Shown here: positions 14,101 to 28,900 of the stretch, piece by piece
How the letters are laid out: each line of letters opens with the position of its first letter
Numbering within the stretch: the stretch's first letter is position 1
Assembly: GCF_026571515.1 (NCBI RefSeq)
Contig: NW_026856538.1
Location: forward strand, 1 to 64,000
Reading direction: 5' to 3'
Source: Ruditapes philippinarum
Lineage: Eukaryota
DNA: 64,000 nt
Made by a program: the position numbers and the translations under genes
Notes under the pieces: model-generated
What the model saw: only the letters and a program-made list of their open reading frames with translations
Told to the model about the DNA's origin: nothing
The model's database searches: none

Positions 14101-17100
14101 AGTTGTAAATTCAATCGTAACGTTTTATCAACAGCCTATGACAATTCAAATAGTGAAAGTACTGCAAACCGGTAACACATTAGAACTGAATGAATGTTTG
14201 TATGTTAAAATGGATTTTAAATACGTTTGTTAAACCCAGTTGCGTTAAGGTTTCATGCAGAATTACAGGAAAATAACCCACCACAAACAACATTCCAGTG
14301 TAACTCGACACGGCACTTCCGAGCTGTACATTTGAGAAGGCATTCATTAACATAATGTTGTCGTCCTGAAAATATAATAAATGTTGAAAAGTAAATAAAA
14401 GTTATGATTCCACGACAATGAATTCTGGTACATTTACATTTGCGACGTCGTACTACTAAGGCAATAAAAAAGATTTAGCCCATGTCACAAATTGTATTGC
14501 GTGTTTAATAATTTATCACTTGTGTAACACTTTGCTGTAGAAAAGTAGTAGTAAACAGTAGAAAATTAAACGTAAACTATATATAAGACCGAGGAGTTGT
14601 AGTTTTGGCAAAAACAAATAGTAAAATATTTACAATATTTCAAACAGATAACCGTCAAGGCCATTATATATATCTTTAATACACTTATCTTATCTTGATG
14701 TTTTTATCTTATATTTACAGACAATCGCATAACATACACGAATACATAATAAGGTTTAGATTACGTTGTTAAAGAGCATATTTAAAAGGTTATTTCCTTA
14801 ATAAACTTTTACATGATAATACAACAAGCAAAATAACTAAACACATTATAATCTAACACGAGAATTGTTTTGAAACGTTCATTTCTGAAAGCCTATTTCA
14901 AGTCTTAAAACAAAGTCTTGTTAGATTATTACCATTTATACTTTATTATACGACACATTTTTGTGCATGAGTCTTATACAATACTTGTTCTCCTTTAAAA
15001 AAAACTCACGGTGATAACGCGCTCCACTAGAATTTGGTTTTTATCATCATACCCTATAACTTCAAATATATCGCTGTCTTGTCTTTGTGCATCACGTGAT
15101 CCAATGACCTGTTAAATAAATACCTTTATTGTAATTATCACTGTATTCTGTTATGCGAAAATATAATGTTTCAACCATGATAGTAAGGATATATTTTTTA
15201 AAAATATTCTTATGTAAGATATGCGCTTCTATTTTTATAACAAAATATGTCGTTTGCTATCGTATCTTCGTGATTTCGCAATTCGTGACAAAAGATTGGA
15301 TGTAAATCAGCAACAATATTATACAAGAAGTCCCAAAATCACCAACAATTTGTTTTCACAAAAATATGCAGACATAATTATTAGCCTTTTTTGAAAAAAA
15401 AACTATTCTTGGAAGCAATGTGTTTTAATTTTATATTGCGTTTTTTCCTTACTAGTAATGTTACATAAACTTATTTTCATCAAACTAACCTTGAATCTAA
15501 GACGGTTACTCTGCGCTGTATTCTCAAAAATAGCAAGTGCTTGTCCGTCGCTATCTGTCTTTGCTTCTTCAGTTTCAACAACCCCACCATTGTCATTAAT
15601 TTGCTCCACTGTTATTTTCTGATCTTTAGCAGGGAGACCGTTTGGCATGTTCACATCAACCTGTAAGCAATGTGTACAAATAATACTCATAAGAGAGTAC
15701 CTTGTAGATCAATAATCAGTTTGCCTCTAATCAAAAGAATGTGGGTTTGAATACTGCTATGGACATTTTCATTTTTCTCGTATGCCATAACACTTAGAAC
15801 GTCCAGGGAGTGAACTCGAGAGAAGTTTAATATAGATAGATACATATCCAACTATTTTTCCAATATTAATCAAAATAAATATCTAAGTTACCTTTAAATA
15901 GTAACCCATTCCTGGTCTAAAAAATCGCTTAGATCTAGTAAATTTGAAAATGAATGGTTCTCTAGCGAAAACTGTTTCATCGTTATACATGTTTTCCTCT
16001 TTCCCTGTCGCACTTTCAAACACTGTAGCAATAGCTACAAGTCGACCTCCATCCGGATATGGTAACTTCTTAAGCTCCTCAGACCCAACAATGTTTACAC
16101 TGAATTCAGCTATACCCCGTTCAAGCTAAAACAAACAAAAATATACGGTGAGGTGCGAGTGATTGTTTGTCTCTACGAACTGATCAGGAAGGCCCCTCAT
16201 CGATATGTAACAAAATGCATTTTATACTGTGAATGTGCATTTGAGATCTAATGTTGATTTTCTTCATGAAATGTTTCGTAAGATATTTTCTTTAATATGT
16301 TAGTTTCCTTTTTTCCAGCAATATGCATATAACATTTTTTACATACGAATATGTATAATTATATTAACCAGTTTGTCTCCTTCTCTGTTTAATAGTAAAC
16401 AATAACATTTTCTTGCCAATGCTCTTACCCCTTCGCCACCCACAAATACAAAAATAAATGCAAAAAAATCAAACTAAGTATAAACACGAAGTTTACCACA
16501 AACGTACGACATGACAAGGACTTTATTGGTTGTACTTTAAACGACTAGTATAAATTTCACTTACTTCTTTTCGGTCCATGCTAAAGAGATATTTACTTTC
16601 CCCATTCGCATATGTTACATTGAAAGACAATCTTGCTTTTCCTGCTACCGGCTTTCCGTACACATATCTTATTTAATAAAAAAATATTTATAAATAAAAC
16701 TCTTGGTGAGTACACTACCTTTACTTACGATAGAAGCTCATGTTGTTTATACAACCAATAGAAGCTCATGTTGTTTATACAACCAATAGAAGTTCATGTT
16801 GTATATACAACCTCTACTTGCAATGATGCCTCATTCTGTTTACACAACCCCTTTTTGTTCTCGCAACAATATCTCGTATTGTTCATATAATTTTTTCTTG
16901 CAAAAATACCTTAATCCGTTCACATACGATGCACTTGCAATGATAACACATGTTTTGCACATAAGTGCTTCTTATAAGAATAGTTCATGTTGTTCCTCTT
17001 AATGCATATTATTGATGCAAGTGGCGGTAGACATCCAATAAAGCAGGGGATCGGAAGCTACACAAATTATCATCTAACATGAAACAAAAATCAACAAGGA

Positions 17101-20100
17101 AGGTTGGAAGTTAATGATGTAAATATTGAAAGTTTGTGTAACATGAATTGATTACTGATATTGATTATATCTTTTATAGTATAAATGTGTACATACTTTC
17201 CTATGACTGTGAAGTCAATCGTAGAGTCATTGGGATGTTTCATCAAAATGTATGGCTGTGACACGTCAACGGTGACACCGAATGTTGGCAAGACTGAAAA
17301 ATTGTACTCATTATAAATATTGTTCTGAAATTTAAAACCAGTCTACTACAAAAGAATTATATTTTTAAGGATGCTTAACTTGGCCATCTTTTCTAAACTG
17401 GTTTAAAAAAAGTTTATCTTCTAAAGCAACTGAGTCATAAACATTTATGGTTATTGGTGTAGGTTATTTATGGATATGCTAAGTCCTCATGCCAAATAAG
17501 GTACGGTTGCGTATGTAAACCACGTGGTGTAAATAACGCATTTTCATTGGATGTTGTTTTTGTTTAGCGAGAACTTTAATCACGTGTCTAAATAAAAGCA
17601 TTTCTTTTACATTTTAGATTATTTCATCACGTATTTTTTTCATAATCATAATATAACTAAACTATATGCTGATATTCGTTCATGTTTGAAAAAAAATTTA
17701 AATGTCAATTCTCGCGAGATTATGCCAAAACAAAATGGTCTTGTGGTTCCAGTAACCTGACCGATCCTGTATTTCCACACCTAACCTAGAACATTTTATT
17801 GCAAAAATGGATTATCTTATAGTCTATATATCCGACATACAGTTAATTTTAATAAAGTACTAATTAAAAAAATAAATTGTATTTCCGACATATCTACCCT
17901 ATATTTTTTTTCAGCATGTTACCAGAACCTCAAGATCATTTTGTTTTGGCCTGATGACGTCAAACACACAGACCAATTTTTCCCCATGAAATTTTTATCT
18001 TATGTATACCATATCACACGCTGGCCTGGAGGCCGGCGTATAATAATGTATATGCAAAGGTAATATGTTTTGTTTCTTCTGTGTATGAGGTTCATTTAGA
18101 AATAATGAACGCTCGATTGTATAACTTTGCAGCAGACAATAACGAAATAGATGAAGTCCAAACATATCTGTCAAGATATACAGAAAGATTTTTTGTTAAC
18201 GTTTAATAACATAAATCATCAAAAATGTTTGAAGGCATGCAGTTAAAAAAAGATCCTTAGATTCCAAGCAAGTATGAGCAAATGCCTACAGCCTTTCATT
18301 TAAACATACGGAACGCCAAGGTTCTACTAAGGTGCCCGGTTGTGCCTCAAATAATGTACAGAAGGGTACCTGGTGTCTTCCTGTACCAGTACAACTGGAA
18401 AGTCGTCATATGACCTATACTGTGATAGTGCGAGGTTAAACCCACCCAAAAAGGGTATTTAAACATCATTCAGATCAGTTAAACAGTAGATTTTACTTCC
18501 CCGCAGTCAGTGTGACAACATGATCTCATGATTTTTTCGTATATATTATGAGAAAACCATGTGGTAAATGTGGTTCTCGAATATTTGTTGATAACTCAAT
18601 ATTAACCGTTGATACGTTGTAAATCGAACTGCATGTAATTCACCAGTTCTCTAACAAATTAATTAACATAAAACGGAGAAGATAATTTATCATAATCAAG
18701 GAATTCTGAGAATCTCTAACCATTTATTTCTTTTGGACAAAATTATCACGTATGTGTACAAATATATGGGCCTATTGTTAACACCCTCTTTATCTTTAAT
18801 TTGACATTAATATTAAAATATTAACGAGAAATAAACTAGCGCTCAAGCTCAAATATCGGGGTATGATGATATCTGTATTATTATAATATTTTGATATAAA
18901 GGAACTTTTGTGTACCTCGTTTGATTTACTAATCTATAACTGAAGATTCGTTTTTGAAGGCATAATTAAGTCATATATCTACTCTAAGCTCGAAAAGTAA
19001 ACTTTCAAGAGTATAAAAAGGGAAACGATTCTCAGTAGAACAAGAACATGTAACAGCTCAAGCAACTGCTAAATCAGTCGACTCGTTAACACGCATGCGT
19101 GATTTTTTTAATGGTTTCTAAACTGTGGAAAATAAACTCATTTAATCTGCAGAAAAAGATGTTAATTTTATCGGTGAAAAAATAGAGCAACATTTATGTA
19201 TACATTGCATCTACTTGTAAATTTACATAAACAAATAAATATGAAGCTTATTGCAAAGAAACAACTGTAAAAAATAATTCAAAAACATGAAAATAATAGA
19301 ATAATTCACAAATTTAATTCATGATAATTCACTAAGTTAATTTAAATCAGAATTGTTGTTTGAAAGAAGTCGGAACGTAATATCACGAGATAAATTTTAC
19401 TCGTGGGAAAATGTTAAATCGCAGCTGAATTGTGCGCAGATTGGTTAATAGATAAGGGTTTTTCCAAGAAAACGTACTTTGTAGATATTTTTTGTTCTAT
19501 TTTGACGCATGTGTCTCAAAACTAGAACCAACAATATGTTTACGATGTTTAAGTTAACATCTTTGCCAAAAATCAAATGTTTGGTAACTTTTTAGTATAT
19601 TAGCAATGATAATATATTTTGTAAAGGTTTGATCCTGTTCAAGAATTATCGGTCGCGGAATTTTGAGCGGAGCTGGCAACAAAACCTTCAAGTTTAATTT
19701 AAAAAATTTCCAAACTTTATAGGAAGTTTGTACGTCTTTATAATTTATCTTCAACGGAAGCATTATACAACAGCAGAAATTTGCCTAAGCATTGAAACAG
19801 ACATGATTATCATATATACATAATAAGAATCAAATAAATACATTACCATATTCCTCAATTTGAAATTGGGATCTTGCTACTGTTTCATACTAAAAAGAAA
19901 AAACCGTAAAAATGATCTTGAACAAAATATTCATGTAGCATTTCATTATAACTCAAACCAATGCTATCGTTATTTTTACATGTGGATTAGTCATAAAACT
20001 ATACTAGTTTTGTTTTGCAGTACGGTAGCTAGTTAGCTCTCAATAGGAATATACATGTACCAAATGAAATAGATCTGAAACATCTGTAACAAAATGGTTA

Positions 20101-22875
20101 TATTGTTCTGCAATATTGACCTGAGACATTTGAAAATTCAATGACGTTTTGTAGATAGAAGTAAATCAGACGGATTGTAGGTAATTATCAGATTGCGAAT
20201 TTAATTGAATCATAGGGATTGTAGGTAAATGTTGGATTCCGAAGTAAATCATACGGATTTCGCTGCCTCAGGGACAAGATATTAGACTTTCAGTTACAAA
20301 TTGAAGGTTGTACGTTCCACACATGGTGAAGCATTATAATATTGTTTTTTAATTTATATTAAACTTGACCACAATGTTTTTATGTGTCCCTAATTGAAAT
20401 TAATAAGCTACATATTTATCAAAAAATTGAAATGAAATAATTATCAGTTAAACTTATGCCTTCATCTACTCTTGCTGTATAAAATCAAAACTGCCAAGAA
20501 AAAAAAGTAATGAAAGAAATCTAAAATATGATTGACATCAAATTATATCGACGAAATAGCATTTCCGTTGTACTTACCACTTGGACATCGGGTCGTAATT
20601 GTATTATTTAAGTATCGAGAATTATACTTTCATAAACAAAAACAATGCGTAACTCGTAAAAACAATTCGAAAACTACCCGAAAAAGTCTCCCGAAAAGAA
20701 CAAGCCAATATTCAAAACAATGCAATAGCAAAGAAATATTCGATAGTAGTAGTCATCTACAATGAAAGTCAATCAAAACAAAGGGTTTCAAACATATACT
20801 AGAAATATGTACAATTCAAATGTAAATTGAAGGTCATTTGATAACAATAACTGTATCTCTCTGGAAAAGTTACAGTTGGACACTGTGTCGTGAATAAATT
20901 AAGCATAATAAAGAATATTGTACTTAATTAATTAATTGATTTAGAACAAACATACATGGCCGCCGTAGAAGGCACGAGCTGTCCATGTTCCAATTTCCGG
21001 GTAAGGCGGTAAGGAAAAGGCATTTTGGTAAAACCCGCTTGAACTTGTGCTCGTAAATACTCTTCTTCCAAGAGTCAGGTTTGAGGGGCTCTGTAAATAG
21101 TAAAATAAAATATGTATTTTAAAAATTTGCAAATACTCGGAAATATTTAATTTGCATTTAACAATTTTTTAAATCTTTAAATCTAATAAATGTGAAATGT
21201 ATAAAGTTACGTAATAACAGTTCTGACTAACGGAACATAAAAGCACAATATTTTGATTGGTGAATAATATAATTATCTTTGTCCGAAACGCTGAGTGTGT
21301 AATTTCATTAGTAATAAGGTAATATTCCCGCGGTATATCCCATAAAAAAATTATGTCTTACCATTTAGACCCACTCTGATTAAACAAAGATACATGTACA
21401 TTATGAAAATTGTTTAACATTTCATCAGTTCTTAAAGCTTTTCCATTACGCTTCTTTTTGTAATAGATTTACTCCGGAATAAAAAAATCTTTCCCGGGAT
21501 TTACATAAATAAGCGCAACAGATGGACTAAACCGTGATACCACAACGGTAAAAGTGTTTATACTAGGAGGTTAGCTGGTGTAAACAAGACATTTGCCTAG
21601 TTCCGGATATTCATCACATTTTATTCTGATATAACGATGTACTAAAAATTATTCTTTTCTTCATGCATCAACTTACGACGATGTCCAGATGTAATTGCCA
21701 TTGATCACCCGACACCCTCTTCAATGACTCATCAAGGGCTAAAACTCTTATCTTCACTAGAAGTAAAAAAAACAGCGCATTATTAGATAAGTTTGCGAGA
21801 GGTCTTTTTGCTGCTGTAGAAGATTTGTTTAATTTGAAAATATTTGGACAAAAGACACAATGAATGGTTATAAATTACAATTATTTAACAAAATATAATT
21901 TATTATATAAATTGAATATATAGTTTCATAATGAAAGTTTATTTTACACTTCATTTTTTAATGATATGAAAGATTATATGCTGGAGAAATGGACCTTTTT
22001 CCTGGCGCATTAGGGATACTTTTTCGTCAAAGGGAACTAAATTTAAGATAAATGATATGGATATTAAAAGTAGTATCAAAATAAAATTTTCTTGTAAAAT
22101 TCAATAAGCAAATTTTCGGTTAATGTTTTGGTAAGTATATGGAAACATTTCAAAACACGCATAAAGTATGTTAATCAGACAATTTTAAGTCCAGGATTTA
22201 CATAAAAAATGTTTTATATCATTTGATTGGAATAAACAGAATATGAAGAATAGATGCATGCCTCCAACCACAATACTTTAAGAAAAAAAACTTGTGTCAA
22301 ATTTGTGTGGTTTGCGCCTGCGTTACTTAGTCATACCGGTTCAAAAGTTTAAGGAGCAGCAAAATTTCGGTACACGGTTCACTCGGTCATATAATAGTGT
22401 AGCTATAATGTTCACTGTAGCTATTTATCGTCACTGTTACTATTTATCGGAACATGAAATAGTAAAATGCTATTCAGAAAACAATACTGGAATCGATTTA
22501 TACAGTTTAAAAGATTAGAACGAAATGAAACATCCACGTAGCGCTAAGTAACGTAAATGATATTTTCCGATTTTTCTATGTACCGATTCGTTCACTTCGA
22601 TGTTAATTTTTCGTTTAAGTTAAGTCGTATTTTGAAACGGAGCATGCGCAAAACAAATTTTGTAGACTGCTCCTAATGGTTTTAAGCTGTAAATGAGATT
22701 CATTCACTACAATCAGATACGCAAAAATGGATGCCGCCAGCAATCAGTCTGAACACTGTGGAGAGGTCTGATGACTTCTCCAATAAGGTACAAATTTTCC
22801 CCTTTATGCATCAAAAGACCTGGCAGTGTGTGTGTGTGTGTGTGTGCGTGCGTGTGTGCGTGTGTGCGTGTGTTG

Positions 22876-22906
<31 letters not shown>

Positions 22907-25900
22907 TTGTGTGCGCGTGTGCGCGTGTGTGTAACAATATGCGTAACAACTCATTCCATACACGTCTTCATAGATGGAAGCAGAGTTACGAAACGAAATA
23001 TAGGTTGAAACAAACAGCAAACATCATTGTGAGTGATTCGAGAAACATTAAATAAGAGTCAAAATTTTAGAACTAAGTGCAGAGACCCTTCTATCGGATA
23101 ATCTTTCATCGGCTATAATCTTTTTAACCTACTTCATTAGGTTTTTTCTCTTTTTTCTACAAAATATTCACAACAGATTTAGTCTATGAAAATTTGCACA
23201 AAGATAATGGGAACCCAGAGATTATTTAATTAAACATCAAAAGAAAGTTCCTTCTACGATGGATGTTAAGCCAAGGAAAGTTTTTTCCTACGATGGGGCT
23301 TAGCCAAGGAAAATACTGTCTACCAAAGGAAAGTTCTATCTACGAAGGGATTTTAAAAAAAGATAGGGGGTTTAGCATAAAGGAAGTTTTTTTTCTATTA
23401 CGGGGTGTAACCTAGGTAAGTTCTTTCTACTATTGCATATAGTCATTTTTTTATTCATTTTTTTTTTGGAACAGGGTTTAGATTTTCCTGCAAGGGAATT
23501 GAGTCAAGAACAGCTTTTGCACTACAACAAGTTTTATGCATTTAATTCGAATAAAACCTTATTGTTATTTCAAATGATATTGGCGAAATATTAAGCGGAA
23601 TCTGGGTATTCTAACCGCGTACCAGAGTCAAAGGGCTTGCCACCATGAAACTTTTTACCTCCAGGCAGTCGCTTATCATCACAATTGAACTGATTCATAC
23701 AGTACCCTATGACTTTTTCCATATTTGGTCGTGTTTTCCATGTTATCGTCTTTTAAACCCTCCAATTTATATTTGCCGCCATTTTATGGACAAAAAATAG
23801 GTTAAATGTTTGCGCATCTACACAATATTATGGACAATTTTTAAAGATCCTATAACATATTTTTTATGATTTTATATCATAAATATGATGCTCAATTTAA
23901 GATTAATCAATATTGTAAGTTCCAAAAAGCATTATTTTTACAGATATTACCGAATTTAACATTTCATGTAAATAAGAGGAGGTAATTAGAAATTCATTTT
24001 CTATAAACTCTAAGTCCAATTTTTCAATAATAAATGAATGCATATATTTTAATGATGACATATAACGTGCACAACTATTTATAGTACATATTTTACATAT
24101 TCTTCGATGTTTGAAAATTGTTTTATAAGCATAATTATATACATAATTTATATAAAAGTTCACTTAAGTGTGGTAACATCCTCAATTACAACATACAGGA
24201 TCTTTAGACGCAATAATATGTAAGACAAACCTTTCTGTAGTGGAGTATATATAGGTTTGTCCGTCTGTACGATCAAATACCCCGTCTTGTAGCTGAGTAC
24301 TACGTCATTGCATATTTTGTTCTCGTTTCCGCGTTGTGAGCAAAGATTGATAATTCTTGGTTTGTCTTTAATAACAGTGTTGAAAATATCCGACTCTGTC
24401 ACGTTTACTGTTGTATAAACTGGGGATGCTGAAATCAATTGAATAATATTGAAAGAAACATTTACAAATGAAACCAATTTGTATAGAATGAAGCTAGGAC
24501 AAACATTGTTTAACTTAAAGGTCTGGGTAAGTGAATTTTATCAATGACTGAACCTGTAAAAACACAGCATGCGGTCCACAATTAGAATATATCATACACA
24601 TACAAACATGATTGATTTATGCCAGGATATAGGAAATTTTTAAATAAATATCAGTGTGTTATTGTAATACGTTTCATCGATATTGTTGTTTCGGTTAAAT
24701 TATATTCTAACTAATTCGAAATCATCAAGAGCCCTAATGTGTGTAAAAGTTGTAATTTGCGCTTGGGCATTATAACTTTTGGAAGGTTTCTCATTGTTTT
24801 GTTAGGCACGATATTCAGGAGTATGTTTTGCGAGATATGTAGACGTTATTTTCGTGGAATAAAGGGAAATTTTCCGAAAAAGGTTTTTATTTGTTTTAAA
24901 TCGAACAGAACTGGCCTAATACTTGTATAGAGTGCATGCCCATCAAAGCTTAAATAGGAGAAAATAGATTGGAAATGTGGTCATTTTAAGTATCATAAAC
25001 AAATTTACTAAGAAAATGCAGTTTTGCAAAGTCTATACCAATGACAACAAAACATCGCGCAAAATCAAATAACAAGCAATGCATAAAAGCAGTCGAGTTT
25101 AGAAACCTGTTATACTGTTAAACCATGTTTATGAGTATGGCACACGATAGTTATTTAATTTACAATTATAACTATCATTCCATTTGCCAAGTAGTACAGT
25201 AGTATAGGGGTCGGTTTGGCCCCAAGAATGCGCATGCGCGGCGCCAAATTGGATTCCTTATTTAGAATGACATCATCGTTCTATATTTAGAACTTCATTT
25301 TAATCTCCCGGAAGTATACGGAGCTGACTCGTATACACGATCTTAGGGCTTGAATCGCGGACATCGAAGGTCAGGTCCTCGGCCCTAGACGGGGAGATAA
25401 TCACCATTATTATAACTACAGATAACCTTTGTATAAATACGTGCTTAACTACACATATCAATTAATAAAATCATTGTTCGAATAAAGTAGAGTCTCTTTT
25501 TAAAAAATGTAAACGGCTTGATTATATTTTTAATTAGTAATAAAAACTGACTAAATATTAATATATCATTTTAAATGTGTTTTTCTATAAACATTCCAAA
25601 TAAAAGAAAATACATAAGTAATAAGATATAATTGAAAACCGACTGACTAATTGACTCTCTATAATACTATAAATAAGACAATTCTTAATAAAAATTTTAA
25701 CATATAACAAAATATATGAAATTTATTTTCAATTTAATTCGATATTATGACTCTGTCAAATAATGTTTCTATATAAAATAATAATAAGGACATTTACTGT
25801 AAAATAATTTAATAAATATCTGCGTAAAATACATACATACGATGTTGACTCCTCGGCGGTCCGAATCCAAATGACACAAATCATCAGTGTATTATTTCTA

Positions 25901-28900
25901 AATGCTCTGATCACGAGTGTAAAGTCGTCACAATGTATGGCGTGTGTTTATTTAGGGACGGAAACACTAACAATGGCCTATTGAAATGTTAAAGTTAATC
26001 CCTTTAAAGTAGCCACTCGGTCTGACGTATGTTTATTTAGGGACGGATATGCGGACAATGCTCCATTCAACTGTCAAAGTTTATCCGTCTAAAGTAAAAG
26101 CGGGTAATTAATTATTTATTGAAGTGTCAGTTTACCACTGGGGCATAATTTTAAACTCATTTTGGAAAAGAAACGTTTTAAAACGTGCAAAATTAAAAAA
26201 AAAAACTATTATAACCGAACAAAAATACAACAGAAAAAGCGTTTTTCGTCTTTTGTGCAACATTTTACGATATACATTTTGATTTTTTTCGCATCAAATG
26301 ATAGACCTGACAGAATGCTTCAAAATAAACCCTAGGTTCTCGATTCGATTTTTAGCTGTTTTCGAGTTATGGCCCATTAGCGGTTTTTAAACCATTTTTT
26401 TTCATAAAACCCTTAGATTTATATGCCGTTTGAAAGATCTCTGCCAGTAGATACAGAAAATGTATTATTATATAGATCTATCTTTTACTGTTTCTGAGAT
26501 AGGAGAGTTTCAATATGGCAGACAAAATCACTCATGCGGAAAAACGCGCATAACTTTTTCGTTTATGAATGAAACACAGTCATGTTTGGTATCAAATTGA
26601 AGGTCTTGACGAGTACATTCTGACGCTGGCGATAGTGAAGTTCATACTGGAAGTCAAAATCACTCATGCGTAAAAAATATATATTTTGGTTACTAGAGCA
26701 ACCGAATCCGATATGATTTTTAATTGTTGACTACCAATTGAAAGAACAGTTCATTACCTTTAATTTACACCCCCATTTTCGATTCGATTTTCAGCCGTTT
26801 TTGAGTTATGACGCAAGAGCGATTTTAAACCCTAAATTTCGAAAGTCAATAAAAACGTTACAACTGTTTACCAATCGATTCGTCTCGTCGCGCTGATTAA
26901 GAAAATATATAGTTTTATGGGTTTATCTTTTACCGTTTTTGAGTAATTCGAGTTTAAATTCACCGGAAGTGACGTCACAGAAATTTCAAAATCGATTTCT
27001 TCGTTATTACTTGACCGAATATATACGTGTTTGGTATCGTTGGAAAGCATTTTACCAAACCTGTTACCTGACGCTATTCAAAAAGCCATTGGACAGGAAC
27101 TGAAATCACTGAAGCGTAAAAACGTGTTTTCTGCAACCAAAATATATATTTTTTACGCATGATTGATTTTGACTTCTAGTATGAACTTCACTATCGCCAG
27201 CGTCAGAATGTACTCGTCAAGACCTTCAATTTGATACCAAAAATGACTGTGTTTTATTCATAAACGAAAAAGTTATGCGCGTTTTTCCGCATGAGTGATT
27301 TTGTCTGCCATATTGAAACTCTCCTATCTCAGAAACAGTAAAAGATAGATCTATATAATAATACATTTTCTGTATGTACTGGCAGAGATCTTTCAAACGG
27401 CATATAAATCTAAGGGTTTTATGAACTTTGAAAAAATGGTTTAAAAACAGCTAAAAATCGAATTGAGAACCTAGGGTTTATTTTGAAGCATTCTGTCAGG
27501 TCTATCATTTGATGCGAAAAAAATCAAAATGTATATCGTAAAATGTTGCACAAAAGACGAAAAAGGCTTTTTTTGTTGTATTTTTGTTCGGTTATAATAG
27601 TTTTTTTTTTTTAATTTTGCACGTTTTAAAACGTTTCTTTTCCAAAATGAGTTTAAAATTATGCCCCAGTGGTAAACTGACACTTCAACAAATAATTGAT
27701 TACCCGCTTTTACTTTAGACGGATAAACTTTGACAGTTGAATGGAGCATTGTCCGCATATCCGTCCCTAAATAAACATACGTCAGACCGAGTGGCTACTT
27801 TAAAGGGATTAACTTTAACATTTCAATAGGCCATTGTTAGTGTTTCCGTCCCTAAATAAACACACGCCATACATTGTGGCGACTTTACACTCGTGATCAG
27901 AGCATTTAGAAATAATACACTGATGATTTGTGTCATTTGGTTTCGGACCGCCGAGGAGTAAACAAGTACTATTTTTATTCAATGTATATTATTTATTTTG
28001 ACCATATTAAAAAACATAAGCTATTTGTATTTTTTTTAATTCTAGTTTATTTGCTTTTATTAATTAAAATGTTAAGCAGGTATTTATTTACAGACATTTC
28101 TTTTATAAATGAGGATATTTATCTCTCCGTCTAGGGCCGAGGACCTGACCTTCAATGTCCGCGATTCAAGCCCTAAGATCGGGTATACGAGTCAGCTCCG
28201 TATACTTCCGGGGGATATTATTTATTTCTATTTATAACGTGATGATGTCATTCTAAAAATAGAACGATAATGTTATTCTAAAAATAGAATCCAATATGGC
28301 GCCGCGCATGCGCAGTCGTGGCCCTAAACCGTCCCCTATACTACTTATTATGATATTTTGATGTTTTTTTTTCAATACAAGGTAACCGGGTGGTAAGGCT
28401 GTTACTCTTAATTCACCTGTATCATATTATTGTTTTACACATGTCAACCGCCTATATGACTGAAATACTGTTGGAAAAAGGCGTAAAATGAAACAAACAA
28501 ACAAACAAACACATGTCAATATAGAGAATACATGTCTTATCGTATCTTATTGCAACTGTTTTACAGAGACGGAAATAGTCTGAAAACACACCGAGACATT
28601 TGTCTATAAAATCCATGGACATTAAATGGATAGAAAAATTGTAATAGAAATTATTTTGCATATTTGATAAGAAATTTTGATAAGCTATGAGACATACAAC
28701 AATTAATCCAATAAGTTCTTTTTTTATCTAAATTCCCCAAACAAACACAGTTTGTAAATAAAGTAAATAATTTCATATCAATTTGTAATATAAATTATCA
28801 ACTTACCCTGATCTGGAACGGTGACAGTTGACTTAGAAAAAGGGTTCCCCCTGTACTCAAGCCAAACCTTGAAACAAGCGTAAAAAATTAAATTTAAACA

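Noticed and set aside
22713-23055. Overlapping CV/HT-repeat ORFs
   Set aside because: Translations of a (GT)n microsatellite
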